A stretch of 64,000 bases of DNA from Piromyces finnis finn (taxonomy: Eukaryota > Fungi > Neocallimastigomycota): contig MCFH01000004.1 in NCBI GenBank assembly GCA_002104945.1, positions 682,001-746,000 of the forward strand, read 5' to 3'. Shown here one piece after another: positions 61,792 through 64,000 of the stretch. The position numbers and the translations under genes were made by a program. The first letter of the stretch is position 1. Every line of letters starts with the position of its first letter. Below the pieces are notes generated by a model, which saw only the letters and a list, made by a program, of their open reading frames with translations, did no database searches and was not told the origin of the DNA.

Positions 61792-64000
61792 ATGATTTTC
61801 GATATTGATAAAGTTGAGGTAAAGGAAAAAACCACAAAGATTTCTTAATTTTCAATTAAAATTTAAAAGTTTTTTTTTTTTTCTTTTTCTTTTTCTTTTT
61901 TCTTTTTTTCATTTAAATAAGAAATTCGAAATTATAATCAAACATTCTTTTTATTGAAAAGTACAATAGTTATAAATTCAATTTTATAAACTTCAAACAA
62001 AACAAGCTAACAATAAATAGTTATAATAAGATGTTTTGAAATATGAAGTATGAAAGAGACATTATTTTCAAATAAAAATAAAAACCTAAAATACTTTATA
62101 ATAAAATTTTAGGATTTTAAAGTAGAGGATTATATTTCAAGTAATAAAAATGATAATTTATAATCTTTTTTTATAGTTGTATACACTCTCTAAATCGATG
62201 ACTATAATTTATCATTATAATTTCGATTAAAACATTATATATATATAAAAAAAAACAATTTTTTAAATTATCCTATATTATAAAATCATAATACTTTGTA
62301 CTTTGTTCTGCAATCTGAAATTTAAAAATAATTATTTAATAATGAATGAATGAATACTTTTTTACTTTTAAATGTTTTCTATTTTTTTTTATTGAAAGTT
62401 ACAATTATTAAAGTTAATTTTATTATTTTATGAAATCTTAAAGATTTAACAAAGTAAAGATATATTATAATAATCTAAATTAATTATTTTTTATCTATAA
62501 TTTTCATTACTAACATTATTTAGGAACATATTGAAAGCCATAATTCATTCTTTGATGATCTTATTGGTTTAATTCCAGCTTCACACTACTTACCAAAGGC
62601 TGAATCTGAAATTGAAGTAAATTGCTTTTAAATATATCTCTTTAAATAATATGCAATTTCAATAATTAATAATTTAATTTATTTACAAATTTAATATAAA
62701 TTAAAATAAAATTTTATATTATTTGGTGCTTATCATAATAAACAAAAAGAATGATAAATATTATCACAACACTAAGAAACAAGTTACTTCTACAAAGCTT
62801 AATGCTAAGGAAATTAGAAAGAATAAGAAGGCAAAGGTATATTGATATAATTATTTAGAAATGTTTATTTTTTTTTCTTTGTTAAAAATCAAACATTTAT
62901 TAAAATATTAATATTTTATATAAACTTATTTGTTATAAAGTTTGACCCAAATAATGTAAAGAGTGTTCAAACTTTACAAGAAGAAAAGAAAATGAAGGAA
63001 GAAGAAGAAGCCGAAGAAGAAGATACTAGCATGAATATGGGTAAAATATATATAAGTATATTTCATAAAACAGCTATTTTTTCTTTGAAATACTAATGAA
63101 TAATTTGCTATTATTTATTTTTATTATTATAATGGTGTTAAATTAAAAATTAAAAACAAACAATAAATAATAAAATTAATTATATAAAAAAAATGGTGAT
63201 GATATTTAATCCATTTTCTTATAATTTATCAAGTTCAAGAAGTTGATATTAAGGACTTAAAGCCAATGTCTAAAACTTCTAGTATTACTGAATTACAAGA
63301 AAGATTAAAGAAGAGTATTGATGATTTAAGAGCAAAGAGAAAGGCACAAAACAATAATTCTATACATAGTAGAGATGAATTATTAAAGAAACGTTTAAAG
63401 CGTAAACATGATAGAAAAGAACAAATTCAAAAGAAGAAAGAAAAGAGAAGAAAGACTAACGATATGGTTGGTATGGACCTTCCAGAAACTCAAGCTTCTA
63501 AAGTAAGTTTATTAGGAAAAAAAATTTAATTATTATTAAAGAATAAGTAACTAGCAATCACAATAGAAAGATGAATCATACATACATTTCAATGTATTTT
63601 AAAAGTATTAATTTGGGTATACTAATCTATTCATTATTTATAATTATATAAATATTTTTTTAATAAAATAATAAAAGGATAATAAGAGTGCTGGTGCTAA
63701 GGAAGTTGAAGAAAATGTATCCTTTGGTAAGATTGTCTTTAATGAAGAATTGGTTCAAAAGAAGAAGAAGGGTCCAACTGATACTTTAGGTCGCTTAAAG
63801 CAAGTTGAAGCCAACAAAGAAAAACTTGAAAAATTGAAATCTGTTGATAAGGAAAAGGCTGAAGCCCTTGAAGAAAAGATTCAATGGAATAAGGCAATGA
63901 AACTTGTAGAAGGTGAAAAGATTAAGGATGATCCAAAACTTTTAAAGAAGACCTTAAAGCGTGAACAAAAATTAAAGGAAAGAAGTACCAAGAAATGGTA
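61792..64000 (+). CDS. RRP14: Ribosomal RNA-processing protein Rrp14/SURF6 (3' truncated by window end)
   Basis: Probable first exon 61792-61818 (MIFDIDKVE, donor GTAAAG) joins exon at 62524: EHIESHNSFFDDLIGLIPASHY...KKAKFDPNNVKSV...ITELQERLKKSIDDLRAKRK...SFGKIVF...KGPTDTLGRLKQVEA...WNKAMKLVEGEKIKDDPKLLKKTLKREQKLKERSTKKW. RRP14 and SURF6 domain motifs. Confidence 0.92.

Noticed and set aside
61780-61818. ELVKMIFDIDKVE resembling a PARP regulatory-domain fragment
   Set aside because: Better explained as the RRP14 first exon (MIFDIDKVE) that joins in phase to 62524.

Overview
Extremely AT-rich, intron-rich eukaryotic DNA. Base composition, short GT-AG introns and fungal-type proteins suggest an anaerobic gut fungus (Neocallimastigomycota); this taxon call is an inference. 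By splicing exons manually I find about 17 protein-coding genes. Conserved housekeeping genes: TRS31/TRAPPC5, prefoldin-6, SDO1/SBDS, TBL1/SIF2, RPC11, RPT6, ELP5, NHP2 and RRP14/SURF6 (runs off the 3' end). Others: a FAM184-like giant coiled-coil gene, a PASK-like Ser/Thr kinase, a multi-TM RING-H2 ligase, a stand-alone voltage-sensor-like 4TM protein, and two orphans (one tail-anchored, one prion-like plus coiled-coil). A small intron-free island at 21.6-24.3 kb holds a RING-H2/tail-anchor gene and a 195-aa acidic ORF that looks bacterial (HGT candidate). No rRNA, tRNA, CRISPR array or intact transposon was seen. The best leads are the intronless HGT-like ORF, the VSD-only protein, a 6-nt microexon in the kinase, a recurrent (A/T)CAYGTGA E-box motif cluster, and a possible 5.8S-targeting snoRNA-like element in the long first intron of RRP14. 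All homology calls come from motif recognition by eye; no database searches were run.
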